A DNA stretch of 64,000 bases. Source: an uncultured Acidobacteriota bacterium. GTDB lineage: Bacteria > Acidobacteriota > UBA6911. This document shows, one piece after another, positions 43,728-55,546 of the stretch. How positions within the stretch are numbered: position 1 is the first letter of the stretch; each line of letters begins with the position of its first letter. The DNA lies in NCBI GenBank assembly GCA_963827655.1, contig CAWHCF010000037.1:1-64000 (forward strand), written 5' to 3'. The notes beneath the pieces were generated by a model. It saw only the letters and a program-made list of their open reading frames with translations. It was not told the DNA's origin and did no database searches. A program made the position numbers and the translations under genes.

Positions 43728-45152
43728 TCACCGATTTCTCGGCCAGTCATTCACTCTCTGATCCTCGGCTGCGGCGACCTCGCTCAGGAGCTTGTCGAGG
43801 CCCGCACGGTCGAAGAGGCGTCCGCGCAGGATGACCGCCCTGATCCGTCTCAGGTTGCGGATGTCCTCGAGAGGGTTTGCGTCCAGGAGAACGAGGTCCG
43901 CGACTTTGCCGGCAGCCACCGTCCCTGCGGAATCGGCAAGCCCGAGAAACTCGGCCGGGCGGATTGTAGCGCATTCGATGGCCTGCGCGGGTGTCATGCC
44001 CAGCTCGTTGACGAATAGTTCCAGCTCCTCGTGCAGAGAGGAACCCGGGAAGATATTCAGGACCCCCACGTCGGAGCCCGCCATGATCCGGACGCCGGCC
44101 TCGCGCATCTCGCGCAGATTCCGCAGCGCGCTCGGAGCGATCTGGCGGAACTGCGCGCGACGCTCCGCCGTCTGTTCCAGCACCTGCTCCTTCCAGTCGA
44201 GGATCAGGAACCGGGAGAGATATCGGCGGCGAAGATCCAGCTTTCCCTCCGCGTCGTCCACAATTGCGCGCAGGACATCGTCGGGCGCAAGGATCGACTT
44301 GGGCACGGTGACCATCGTGGGTACAACTCCGATACCCGCGGCGGCGAACCGGCGAAAGAGGGCGAGACGCGCGTCGCGCGACATTTCATCCAGGGTGGGA
44401 AACAGTCCGTGCTCGATGCTCTTCTGCCCGGCGGCCAGGATGTCCTCCGGCGCGATGCCGAAGGCGTGGCCGACAAGAGGAAGCTTGTGAGCCCGGGCGG
44501 CCGCGGCGATGGCCATATATGTCTCACGATCCTGAACCGTCCGGATCTTGACATGATCCACTTCGCTTCGGGCCAGCGACGCCACAACCCGGCGCGCATC
44601 CTCGGGAGAACCGACAGGAATGCGCGTGCGCTCGACCGGCTCGACCATTTCCTCGGGCGGTGTCTTGCGCATGCGCTCCACGTTGCCGGCCGATTCGAGG
44701 TAGGGACCCGCAAGCAGGATCCGCGGTCCGATGCGAACACCCGAGCGCACCTCGCGGCGCCAGCGCAGCAGCTCCTCGTGGTCACCCCCCATGTCGCGCA
44801 CGGTGGTCACGCCGTTGACGACAAACAGGCCGAGCGCCGATGAGCGCGTTTTCGAAATGTGCGCGTGCATCTCGAAGAGTCCGGGAACCAGATATTTTCC
44901 TGTACCGTCGACGATCCTTGCGTCTGCCGGGACATCGGTTGCGCGGTCCGGACTCACAGCCGAGATCCTGTCTCCCCGAACCAGAACCGTCATGTGCTCG
45001 AGCGGAGGTGCGGGCGTGACCGTAATGACCGTTACGTTCCGGATCGCGAACGTCGCGGGCGGCTGCGCCCCGACGCCGGAGCAAAGGACGATGGCCGCGC
45101 ACAACGCGAGGGCAACCACTCCGCCGCTGATTGTCAAAGCTTTTCGCCGCAT
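43728..45152 (-). CDS. Exported amidohydrolase family protein
   Basis: Signal peptide; PGLFEMHAH, GVTTVRDMG, SIEH, AGSD and GKVADLVLL..NPL. Confidence 0.9.
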   Translation of the reverse strand: MRRKALTISGGVVALALCAAIVLCSGVGAQPPATFAIRNVTVITVTPAPPLEHMTVLVRGDRISAVSPDRATDVPADARIVDGTGKYLVPGLFEMHAHISKTRSSALGLFVVNGVTTVRDMGGDHEELLRWRREVRSGVRIGPRILLAGPYLESAGNVERMRKTPPEEMVEPVERTRIPVGSPEDARRVVASLARSEVDHVKIRTVQDRETYMAIAAAARAHKLPLVGHAFGIAPEDILAAGQKSIEHGLFPTLDEMSRDARLALFRRFAAAGIGVVPTMVTVPKSILAPDDVLRAIVDDAEGKLDLRRRYLSRFLILDWKEQVLEQTAERRAQFRQIAPSALRNLREMREAGVRIMAGSDVGVLNIFPGSSLHEELELFVNELGMTPAQAIECATIRPAEFLGLADSAGTVAAGKVADLVLLDANPLEDIRNLRRIRAVILRGRLFDRAGLDKLLSEVAAAEDQRVNDWPRNR

Positions 45153-45247
45153 CGGGCCTCCCGACAGTCTGTTCTGATCCAGAACGTTCCCGGCATGCGT
45201 TTTGTTCGACCATGAATGCAGTAGCGCGGAATCAGGCATCAGTCGTC

Positions 45248-45276
45248 TTGACCCCCACGGGATTCGAGGCTATGTT
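45248..45276 (+). promoter_or_regulatory. Sigma70-type promoter upstream of the ACT gene
   Basis: TTGACC-N17-TATGTT. Confidence 0.55.
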
Positions 45277-45417
45277 AGCTATGTGAAAAAGACCAATATA
45301 GCTGAGTGAAAACTCACCTAACTCATCGAGCGGCAGGCGCTACTGAAGGCCTGGCGCACGATCCCGCCGAAAGCACTGCGGATTGCAGATTGTGAATTGC
45401 ACAACGGGGAGGGATTC

Positions 45418-45822
45418 ATGGCCAGGGCGATGCAACTGAACCTGACACTGCCAAACACGATGGGAACGCTGGCGCGGCTATGCCGCGACCTGGCCGACGG
45501 CGGCGTGAACCTGCTCGCGCTGGCCGCTGTGGAGACCGACGGAACTACAGGCCTCATCCGGCTGGTCGTTGCCAATCCCGAGCTGGCGACGCGCGCCGTA
45601 GCAAAGGCCGGGTATGCCTTCACAACTCAGGAAGTCCTCTTCATCGAACTGAAGAACCGGCCGGGCGCGCTGGCCAAGGCGACCGAGAAGCTCCAGCGTG
45701 CCGGAATCGTGATCCGCTATGCCTATGCGACGGCGTACTCGAAGGCGCAGAAGACCGCCGCTGTCATCGCCGTCGACGCGGACGATTTTGAGCGAGGGGC
45801 GCAGCTGATGGCAGGGCGGTAG
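45418..45822 (+). CDS. Tandem ACT domain protein
   Basis: N..GTLARL...LAD.GVN and NRPGALA..EKL...GI.I.YAY. Confidence 0.85.
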   Translation: MARAMQLNLTLPNTMGTLARLCRDLADGGVNLLALAAVETDGTTGLIRLVVANPELATRAVAKAGYAFTTQEVLFIELKNRPGALAKATEKLQRAGIVIRYAYATAYSKAQKTAAVIAVDADDFERGAQLMAGR

Positions 45823-46131
45823 CGGCGAGATGGCCGCGCGCTCAAGCGCCGGGCGCTGGAAGGCCTCACGGTTCTTCCTTATCGAGATTTCCTCGAGGCG
45901 CTTTGGGGTGGAGAGTACACGTAGCTGTCCGAGTTGGCCAAGGCTTCGCAATCAGCTCTACTGTGGCTCAGAACAAGCCCTCGTGTGCGACGCAACAGGC
46001 TTGCAGAACTATCAGATGCTGAGAAATGACCAATGAAGCTTTTGTGCCTAGGAAGCCGGACGGGCTTGATAGCCCGCCGCACATGAACCGGGCTAGTTTT
46101 GCAACGTCTCTGCTGAGGCGTCGGGCGCCTC

Positions 46132-47019
46132 TCAGGGTTTCTTGGGCGTCTCGGGTTTCCGGTGCTCTTCACCCTCGGTCGGAGCAACCCCCGACCGGGT
46201 ACCCGGAGCCGCGGTCATCCCGAGCGCTGCCTGCGCTCCCGAACGTATGAGGCTGGTTTCGCCGGGGCCCTGGAAGAAGGTGTAACCGGGGCGGTTTTTC
46301 CAGGCCAGCGGACCGCCCAGCTTCAAACCGGCCTTCAACGTCAGATCGTGGACCTTGGTCACCAGCGTCTCATACTGGGGCTCTCCCTGTTTGTATCCCG
46401 AAAAGCTGCTCAGGTCGGTGCTGGCGACAAACACCACATCGATTCCAGGGACGGCCGCGATCTGATCCGCGATCGCCACGCCGTCCGGCGATTCGATCAT
46501 GGCAACGACCATGATGTTGTCGTTGGCGGTCCGGCGGTAGTCATTCCCCCACAGTGCGCCATACTGACCACCCCCCTGGCTGCGCTTTCCGATGGGCGGA
46601 AACTTGGCGAACTTGACGCCGGCCCGTGCTTTCTCAACGGTATCAACCATGGGAATGATGATGCCCAGCGCCCCGTTGTCTACCGCCTTTTGGATATCCC
46701 CCTCGGTCGAATCCGGCACGCGAACAAACGGAATCGCCGGGGTTCCCTTGGCGGCCCACATCATTCTGGCTACCTCATGATGAGTCAGCGGACTGTGCTG
46801 CATCTCGATCCAGAGAAAATCGAACCCGGCATTCGCCATCGCATAATAGATTTCCGGGTCGGAAGAGGATACAGTTCCGCCGACAATCTGCTTCCCTTCC
46901 TTCAATTTCAGCTTTGCCGTATTGTACATTCGCCCCTCTCCCTGCTGCGCGTGCGCCGCCCATCGAATCGTCAAGCAAAGCATCGCGCAGACCATGATCC
47001 ACAGAGTATGTCGCCTCAT
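46132..47019 (-). CDS. HpcH/HpaI aldolase family protein with signal peptide
   Basis: GFDFLWIEMQH, PFVRVP, GIIIPMV, PPIGKRS, MIES and TDLS; N-terminal MRRH..AHA-QQ. Confidence 0.85.
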   Translation of the reverse strand: MRRHTLWIMVCAMLCLTIRWAAHAQQGEGRMYNTAKLKLKEGKQIVGGTVSSSDPEIYYAMANAGFDFLWIEMQHSPLTHHEVARMMWAAKGTPAIPFVRVPDSTEGDIQKAVDNGALGIIIPMVDTVEKARAGVKFAKFPPIGKRSQGGGQYGALWGNDYRRTANDNIMVVAMIESPDGVAIADQIAAVPGIDVVFVASTDLSSFSGYKQGEPQYETLVTKVHDLTLKAGLKLGGPLAWKNRPGYTFFQGPGETSLIRSGAQAALGMTAAPGTRSGVAPTEGEEHRKPETPKKP

Positions 47020-47283
47020 AACCATAACCTCTCTTTCTCGGAGCATCACTTCGGCTTTGCGGAAGTTCCCGGGCTCGCGCAAGCGTTGCCGCGCATTCCT
47101 GGCCCCATCCCTGAGTGCCGCAGTTCGCACCAACAGTGACGTCTTGGAGTTCGGCCGCTTGCTTAAGCCTGCTGCCGCATTCGGTGCCAATCAAAGCGTC
47201 TCGCTTTTGCGGGACGCGCTTCAAAAAAAGGCCGCCGGAAATACGTTACCGTTATGAAACCGTTTGCCAGAAGCCTGGTCGGC

Positions 47284-47854
47284 CTATCGAACCTGAACCA
47301 GAGTCTGCAAATCGATGTCCGAGGGATTGGCGTTGGTAATGGCGCCGGCGAGCGGAAGTGAGATCTCGATGTCAACGTTCTTACAGATCGATTCCGTACA
47401 GGCCTGGCCGCGAACTGCGATTCGCGCGGGCGCCGACCCCGAACGCCGGATCTTCGCTGCAAACAGAGCCTCCTTTTCGAAGATCCAGGTGAACCAGTTC
47501 AACTCGGGCCTGCGAGGCGTCTTTCGGCGGCGTCTGATACCAGCGCCCTACCACCTCCAGCCCTTCGGACACTTTGATTTCAGTAGGACGCTCGATGCCA
47601 AGAGACTGTTTGCCCGCGAGTTTCTCCTTCGCGCGTTGACTATTATCCATCGCGAACGTGTGCCATCCGGGCTCCAGTGTCGCCTGGACGACCAGATACT
47701 GTCCGCTCAGTCTGGCGCGGTACGAAAGGCAGCGGGTGACCTCGTGACGCACCTCGACCGGCATCGTCCAGTCACCCGCCCGAATCGCTTCGGCCCCCGA
47801 GACGCCGAGAGCAATCATGATCTGTAAAGCAGTCCGCCCGATAAAATTGATCAT
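47284..47854 (-). CDS. DsbD N-terminal (alpha) domain-like periplasmic protein (frameshift near 47510)
   Basis: Signal-like N-terminus; LEPGWHT motif; QACTESIC cysteine pair. Confidence 0.65.
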
Positions 47855-49096
47855 TTGCGAAAACTCATCCTGTAAGTCTTGAGGGGCATCGGTATTCGCT
47901 TCCCCTCGCGCAGCACGTCAAGCATAACAGAATCCCCCGCCTTCTTTCGCAGCTTGATGAAAAGGTCCGCCGTATCCGCCAATTCATCTCGCTCCACACC
48001 GTCGACGCCGACGATAATATCACTGACCCGCAGTTCGTGGCTCTTCACCATTTTGACAAGTTCATCGACGCGTGTGACCTCGCTGGCAAATCCTTCCGGT
48101 AGGAGCCCACGCTGGCGCTTTTCGGACTCGGTCAGTGGACGAGATGCGAAGTATACCCGAGGCTCGACGGTCGATTGCCGGAACGTCAGATCGGTCCACC
48201 ACCAGCGCGTCGGGAGTGCTACGGTGAGCTCGATGGCCTCGCCGCCTCTATCAACGCCAAGCAGAATCCGTTCGGCGCGACGATCAACCTTGTCGTATTG
48301 ATACTGCAGGTCGCCGAAGGTCCAGACCGGTGTTCCATTGAGCGCGGTAATCCGATCGCCCGGTTTCATGCCGGCCGCCTGAACGGCATCACGCGCGTCC
48401 TTCACCATCAGGCCCTTGGGCACGTCCAGGTGAATACCGAGGGTCTTGATGTCCGGCGAACGATACACGTGCTTCAACTTGTCAAGAGTCCCATCCTGCT
48501 CGCGATGGAGGTTCTGAAAGTCGCCGATGAGATGACACTCGACGCAGGCGTTGCGCTTGATGGTCCTCTCGACCAGTAATGGAATTTCGCGGGGAAACAG
48601 CGGCTTGGGACGCTCCGCCTTCTTCAATTCACCTTGCTGGTAACGGCGATGTAGTTCCAGACCCTGCTGCAGCGCCAGCTCCAGACTACTCAGATTCAAG
48701 TAGGTGTCCGGCGAGGCCCAGTCTCGCCCGCCGTACCTCATATAGATCTGCTCGTCCTCATTCAGGATGAAAAAATAGAGCGTATTGTTCCAATCGCGAT
48801 CGAACAGGCCGATATCGACCTCATCCATCTTCGTGACGCGCACCAACACGTACTGACTCAGGAGTTTGCCGCGCGGCGAATCTTTCGGTGACAGCACAAC
48901 CTGTGCGTCAAAAACCCGTCCGGCAATTCAAGCCTCACACCGAAATTCGAGAAAAATCGGCTTGTGGGTTTGCTTGGCCTGCCGAAGGGCTTCACGGTAG
49001 TTTTCCAGCCAAACGATTCCCTCGTTCTGCGGAAGTAAGGGACCGACCGTGGGTATGACCAGACAGGCTAGAAGAGCAAATCCTCTGCACTCTCAT
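47851..49096 (-). CDS. Thioredoxin-fold/PDZ selenoprotein with CxxU motif and CxxCH
   Basis: Frame continues upstream through TGA at 48928-48930: WLENYREALRQAKQTHKPIFLEFRCEAU; GGGAG RBS and ATG at 49096, one base out of frame; YGGRD, CVECH and two PDZ-like segments. Confidence 0.82.
48889..48910 (-). promoter_or_regulatory. Candidate bacterial SECIS hairpin
   Basis: UGAC-GCACA-GGU-UGUGC-U-GUCA starting 17 nt after the in-frame UGA. Confidence 0.7.
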
Positions 49097-49344
49097 CTGA
49101 AACTACTCCCGAATAAACAGGTCAGTCCGGACCCGGGGCCGTCAACTACCGGGACGCGGATTTCGCTCGACCAACAGTACGCCGTCGCCTCGCGCCGCGT
49201 TTCAGAAGTATACAAGAATCCAGCATTGCGGCAGGCAACGATTTCGCCGGTGACGGAAAGCGCCGTCGGCGTTTCGCCGGATGAGGGTTTTGACCTTCGA
49301 CAGCGCCGTTCTGGTGTATATTGCGGCAACAAGGAGGTTCCACT

Positions 49345-49937
49345 TTGACCACGATAAACGACCCAGCGCTCAAGGCCTGCGACGATTTTATCCACGACAA
49401 GAACATCGACACGACGCGCGATCGCTGGCGGACGAGCTTGCCGCAGCCGCCGAGGCTGCCGTTCGACGCCCAGCGTACCTACTACTGGAAGATCGAGACC
49501 AACGTCGGCACATTGAAGCTGAAGCTCATGCCCGGCGTCGCGCCGATGCATGTCTCGAGCACGATCTTCTCTCGCGCCTCGGTTTTTACGACGGCCTCAG
49601 CCTTCACCGCGTGATCGACCGGTTCATGGCGCAGGGCGGTTGCCCGCTCGGCAGCGGCACTGGGGGACCGGGCTACAAGTATGCGGGCGAGTTCGAGGCG
49701 AGTATCCGCCACGACCGTCCAGGCCTCTTGAGCATGGCGAACGCCGGGCCCGGCACCGACGGAAGCCAATTCTTCATCACATTCGTCCCGACTCCGCACC
49801 TGGATGGCAAGCACACGATCTTCGGTGAGGTAACGGAAGGGATGGACACGCTGAAGGCGCTCGAACAGCGTGGCTCGCGCAGCGGCACGCCGACTGAGCC
49901 GCTCGTGATGACGAAGACGACGATCGAGGTGGCATAA
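49345..49937 (+). CDS. Cyclophilin-type peptidyl-prolyl isomerase (frameshift near 49570)
   Basis: [34 protein letters not shown] and [10 protein letters not shown]; AGGAGG RBS and TTG start. Confidence 0.9.
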
Positions 49938-50121
49938 CGAGAGGCACACTTCAATATTTCTTCGTGTCTTTGTGGTTAATCAATCTCTTCACGGCTCCAG
50001 AGTCGGTAGTAGAGCTTGAGGCTCAACGGTTCTGCCGGTACAATTCATTCGTTACCGGAATCGTTAATGGAACAGGGCGAAGGCGGCGTACACAGGTCAG
50101 CCCCGCCTCAGAGGAGGTCTC

Positions 50122-50877
50122 GTGAAAAACACTACAATCGCCAGATCGTTGCTTGTTTTACTGCTTGCTCTGGCCTCGGCCGTGGTCATTCCGGCACAGA
50201 CGCGCCTTTTCGAGCAGGACCTGACCGTTCATCAATCCACGACCGGAAGCGGAATGGGAATGGGCACGAAGGCAAAGGCCCGCAGAAGAGCGTCAGCTAT
50301 TTCAGCGGCACTTCCATGAAAAGGACGGGCGCCGAACGGCACCGACATGATCGTGCGCTACGATCAGGGAAAGATCATCACGGTCGATCACAAAAAGAAA
50401 ACCTACACCGAAATGACGCTCGAGCAGCTGCAGCAGAAGATCAACGAGGCCGCGAAGGCGATGAACGAAAACAAAGAGCAGATGGAAGCCCTGCGAAAGA
50501 TGATGGGCCAGTCCTTCGGGCCGGTCTCGGTCACGAAGGAGGGTCCGGGCGAGACGATCGCCGGCTACGCCACCGAGAAATATCTGGTGAAAGGGCCGAT
50601 GGAGATGCAGATCTGGGCCGCTCCCGACCTGAAAATTCCCGGAGCCTATTACGACATGATGAAGCTCAACGTGCCTCAGAATCCGCTTTTCGACATGGGG
50701 AAGATGTTCGAAGAGATGAAGAAGATAAATGGCCTGAGCCTCAAGACGGTCATGACCATGAACGTGATGGGCCGCAGCATGACGACCACGACCGTCGTGA
50801 CCGAAGTGCAGAAAGGAACCATTCCTGCTTCGACTTTCGAGGTCCCGGCGGGCTACAAGGCGGTTGCGGGGAAATAA
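50122..50877 (+). CDS. Exported DUF4412-like protein (frameshifts)
   Basis: Signal peptide; ETIAGY..EKY, IW.APD and IPASTFEVPAGYK. Confidence 0.7.
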
Positions 50878-50927
50878 AGTGCTTCCGCAGGAAATTACTT
50901 GATTGTGAATTCGCGTGGGAACGCTTG

Positions 50928-51545
50928 ATGACATCTATGCGCAAGTTGACGCTCTTTGCTTTGATAACGCTGCTGGCGGACTTCGGCCTGAGGGCCCAGA
51001 ACTCTTCGCCTTCGGAAGAAGCTCTGCTGGGCGGAAGTCTCGACGCTCCCATCCGGATCGATCTCTTTTCAGATTACCAGTGCCCTGTCTGCCGCAATCT
51101 CTACCTGGAAACGATCCGGCCTGTCCTGAAGGACTATGCGGAGGCGAACAAGGTCTGCATCGTCTATCACGACTTCCCCCTCAAGGGGCACCAGTATGCG
51201 CGCGAGGCCGCCCGCTATTCCCAGGCGGCCCTGAGGGTCGGCCGCAGGCAGTGGCTGGCCGTCGTCGACGCCCTGTACACGAACCAGCCGGCCTGGTCAC
51301 AGGACGGCAAAATCGAAGCGGCCATTACCGCGGCCGTGTCTCCCGAGGATCTGCAGAAAATCAAGAAGCTCCTGACCTATCCTTACATCAATGAAGCCAT
51401 CGATCGCGACATCGCGCTGGGCCAGAACCGTAAAGTCGAATCGACCCCCACGCTTTTCGTCACTGCCGTCGGACGTGAACAGAAGGTGGTGGGGGGGATT
51501 CCCTACCCGGTCCTCCGGGACTTCTTCAACCGCATCGTCAAATAA
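50928..51545 (+). CDS. DsbA-family thioredoxin-domain protein
   Basis: FSDYQCPVC, HDFPL..H and V.STPTLFV. Confidence 0.88.
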   Translation: MTSMRKLTLFALITLLADFGLRAQNSSPSEEALLGGSLDAPIRIDLFSDYQCPVCRNLYLETIRPVLKDYAEANKVCIVYHDFPLKGHQYAREAARYSQAALRVGRRQWLAVVDALYTNQPAWSQDGKIEAAITAAVSPEDLQKIKKLLTYPYINEAIDRDIALGQNRKVESTPTLFVTAVGREQKVVGGIPYPVLRDFFNRIVK

Positions 51546-51551
51546 TCCCGA

Positions 51552-51971
51552 ATGGGACTCCTGATCCTGCGCTGGGTGTGCATCATCCTTCTGGCGGCGG
51601 TTTTCCTTTACAGCGGATACTCCAAGATGCAGTCGACCCTTCAGTTCGCTGCAGTGCTGGCGCAGTATCAGCTGGTCCCCACCGACCTCGTCCTGCCTCT
51701 CGCGACCTATCTTCCGTGGGGGGAAATCGTCCTGGGACTCTTTCTTCTCACCGGCTGGAAAACGCGCCTCGCCGCCTCGGCCGCCGCTGTGCTCCTGATA
51801 ATCTTCATTGCCGCAATGACCGTGACTTACCTCCGGGGCATCGAAGCCGACTGCGGCTGCTTCGGTATCGGCGAAAAGATCTCGCCGCGAACCATCGGGC
51901 GCGACGCTCTCCTGCTCCTGCCGGCAGTGTTTCTTCTCGCCGAACGGCGCATTCGCGCGCGAGTGAAGTAA
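51552..51971 (+). CDS. MauE/DoxX family redox-associated membrane protein
   Basis: LP..EI.LG and DCGCFG..RD motifs; follows the DsbA gene. Confidence 0.85.
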   Translation: MGLLILRWVCIILLAAVFLYSGYSKMQSTLQFAAVLAQYQLVPTDLVLPLATYLPWGEIVLGLFLLTGWKTRLAASAAAVLLIIFIAAMTVTYLRGIEADCGCFGIGEKISPRTIGRDALLLLPAVFLLAERRIRARVK

Positions 51972-52090
51972 AAGCCACCGCTAAGACCTGACGCGGCTAA
52001 GAAATCTTGGTGTTTTTTCGTGCTTTGTGTCCTGCGGTATTGGTTTGGCGTAATTCTGGTGTATATTGCTGCGCAAAAGGAGATCTCCCT

Positions 52091-55000
52091 ATGAAAGCTA
52101 TCACCTCGCTTCTGGTGTTGAGTCTGCTCGTCCCGGCCGCGGCGGCCCAGACCACGCTGGGTACCATCCGCGGCCTGGTTACCGATCCTAGCGGCGCCAC
52201 TGTGGGCGGCAGTTAACGTAGTCGTGCGCAACGTCGACACCAATATCCAGCATCGAGCCGTGAGCAACGACAGCGGCCTCTACGAGGTCACGAACCTGAT
52301 CCCGGGTCGATACCTGGTCACCGCTGAATACAGCGGCTTCAGGACGGTCGTGGTCTCGAACATCATTCTCGAGACTTCCGCAACCGTCCGCGCCGACGTT
52401 CGCCTCGAGGTGGGCGAGCTGGCTACGTCAATCAATGTCGAGGCCGCTGCGCCGGTGATCAATACCGAAAGCGCGGATGTCGCCGCCGTTCGAAACCAGC
52501 AGGTGATGCTCCGTCTCCCCCTCAACGTCCGGGGCCAGTTCGACGGATTCTATTACAGCATGCTGGTGACGACCCCGGGCGCCATTCGAGGACAGGGCTC
52601 TAACTTCAGTTTCGCCGGAGCTCGCGGATTTCAATGGAACACGACGGTCGACGGCACCAGCCAGCGCTCTCCGCTCTTCGCCAACAGCATCGGCCCGGCG
52701 CAAAGCAACATGGAAATGACCCAGGAGATCCGGATTCAGCTTTCCAACGACAAGGCCGAATCCGGCCTGCCCGGCGGGTTTTATGCGACCTCGAAGTCGG
52801 GCGCCAACGATCTCCACGGCAGCGCCTTCTACTACTATGCCAACTCCGGGCTCACGGCACGCAACACCTTCTCGACTTCGGTTCCATACCGCTCGGAGAA
52901 CGATTACGGCGGAAGCCTCGGCGGGCCGATCATCAAGGACCGGACCTTCTACTTCGCCACCTACGAACGATTTCCGCTGAAGACCGAGAGAATCTTCAAT
53001 CCCAATGTTCCGACCGTCGCGTTTCGCAGCGGCGACTTCTCCTCGCTCCTGCCCGGGACCACGGTCCGGGATCCGCTCACCGGCCAGCCGTTTGCTGGAA
53101 ACCAGATTCCCGCATCGCGCCTGAGCTCCGTTTCCCTGAAGGTCCAGGAGCGTTTCTTTCCCCTGCCCAACTCCGGCGCGGCGAACACTTACCAGCAGAA
53201 CTGGCAGGGAGTCGGGCCGCAGTCGCAGTACAAGACCCAGGTGGAAGGGCGCGTGGATCACAAGTTCACGGATGCGAATTCCCTTTTCGTTCGCTTCTCC
53301 TGGAACCGCACCGGCGCCAACGTGTTTGACACCAACCTGCCCACCGTGCCCCTGCGCGACCAGGATCGCCGCACGAACACCTTTACGGTTTCCGATAACC
53401 ACATCTTTAATCCCGGCCTCATCAACGAGTTCCGGTTCGGCATCATGAAGACCAGGAACCCGACCTGGAACCAGCTCGATGGCCCGGCGCTGGTCGCCGA
53501 ATTCGGCCTGCAGGGACTGACCTGGCATCCCGACCTGGCCTGGGGCGCTCCGACTTTCGGCTTCTCCAATTTCACGGGCTTCGGGGGCGGCGGGCAGAAC
53601 CCCAGCGAGAGGATTTACCAGGCCGTGAACAACCTCACCTGGACGCGCGGCGCCCACACGATCAAGACCGGCGTCGATTTTCGCTTCAACCGCGCGACCA
53701 ATTATCCCGGCGGCACCAGCTTTCCGGTGAACCAGTTCGGAACTTTCGGGTTCACCAACGCATTCAGCGGATTTGACTACGCCGACTTCCTGTTGGGGCT
53801 CCCACAGAGTGCCAGCCGCGCCGTCGCCGCCCCTCTTTATAACAACCTGAATACCGACTTTGCCGTGTTTCTGCAGGATGACTGGAAGATTGGCCGCAAA
53901 TTGACGCTCAATGTCGGCGTCCGTTACGAGTACAATCCGCCTTACCACGAGAAGGACGGGAACTTCTTCAACTTCGACGCCGCGACGGGACGCGTCGTCG
54001 TGCCTGACGAGGAATCGCTGAGCCGCGTCTCACCGCTCTTTCCCCAAAACCTGGTCCCGATTGTCACCGCCGCCCAGGCCGGGACTGCCGACCAGCCTGT
54101 ATTTCACGGATCTCAACAACATCGTGCCGCGCTTCGGTTTCGCCTATCGTCCCTTTGACGCCGGCCGGACCGTGCTGCGCGGAGGTTACGGCGTCTATGT
54201 CGATGACCTCACCTCTTCGCTATGGGGTCTCGGCAACGGCGGGCCTTACATCTCATCCGAGAGCTTCACCAATTCAGTCACCAATGGCGTTCCGCTATTC
54301 CAGTTCCCCAGCGCCTTTCCGGCCGGCTTCGGCGCCATCGGCGCCCAGAGCTTCAGCCCCATCGACGCTCATTTCTTGAATCCCTATATCCAGCAGTGGA
54401 ACCTCACCGTGGAGCATGAAATTTTCGATATGGGGATTCGTGTTTCCTACATCGGAACCAACTCGCGGAAACTGGCCTTTGTTCGCAACATCAACCAGCC
54501 CCCGGCGAGCGGCACGACGTTCAACAACAACCTGCGTCCCTTCCCCGCCCTGCGGGACATACTGGTGCGGGAAAACGGCGGGGTCCACAACTACAACTCG
54601 CTGCATGTGGTAGCGGAGCGGAAGACGCGGGGCGGCCTCTACTATCAGCTCGGCTGGACCTGGGCGAGCAATCTCACCGACTCGCAGAGCGACAGCGAAG
54701 GGGGCAGCCGCCCTGAGGATGCTTTCCTGCGGTCGCGCGAATACGGCAACGTCGACTACACGCCGCGCCATCGCGTGACCGGCAGTCTGCTCTACGATCT
54801 TCCATTCGGCGCCGGACGCCGGTATTCCGGTATGAGCGGCATTTCCAACGCGCTCCTCGGCGGCTGGACGATCAGCAGCATCCTGACAACCCAGACCGGA
54901 CAGTTTTTCAGCCCGAGCTTCGACGCTTTCGACACGTCGAATACCAACACGGTGGGCGGCCGGCCGGACCGCATCGCCGACGGAAACCTGCCCTCCTCGG

Positions 55001-55344
55001 AGCGAACCATTGATCGGTGGTTCGACGCTTCGGCATTCCGTGTCCCGGGCGACCTGAGTGGAGATGGCCGGCCGGATGTCGCGGTTGCCCGCTTCGGCAA
55101 TTCCGGGCCGAATGTGCTCGTAGGCCCCGGCGTTGTGGACGTGAGCGCCGGATTGCACAAAGAGTTCAGGGTTACCGAGAAGTACCGCGCGATCGTGCAG
55201 GCCACGTTCCGGAATGTTCTGAACCATCCGATCTACGGCAACCCTGCCACCAACATTCGCGCCACCAACGTCACCACGATCCGTTCTCTCAACGGGCTCT
55301 ACAGTCCTCGCGCCGGCCAGTTGGCCGTGCGGCTCGAATTCTGA
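52091..55344 (+). CDS. TonB-dependent receptor (frameshifts near 52205 and 54080)
   Basis: Signal peptide; G.VTDPSGA, QDDWK and PRFGFAY; ends RLEF. Confidence 0.88.
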
Positions 55345-55546
55345 TCGGAGGGCATGGACCAAAACGTATGGCGGTGCCTCCTCGAGCGGCGCCGCCTGAA
55401 CGATGAAGACGCCGCGGAAGCACTGTCCGGTCCGCACGCGATTACAATGGGAACGAAGAGGATTGAAATGGTCAGCCTCCGGACAGAAACTGGTTAGTTG
55501 AATCGTCGGTGGACCAGGCCCCAAAGTTCCCGTCAATTTTCTTCGT

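Noticed and set aside
47130-47260. Possible third palindromic repeat family (TTGGAGTTCGGCCGC..GCTGCCGCATTC)
   Set aside because: Only one degenerate copy in the window, so it cannot be supported
50016-51545. 509-aa ORF as one fusion protein
   Set aside because: The first ~300 codons are an off-frame overlap of the DUF4412-like gene; the DsbA protein starts near 50928
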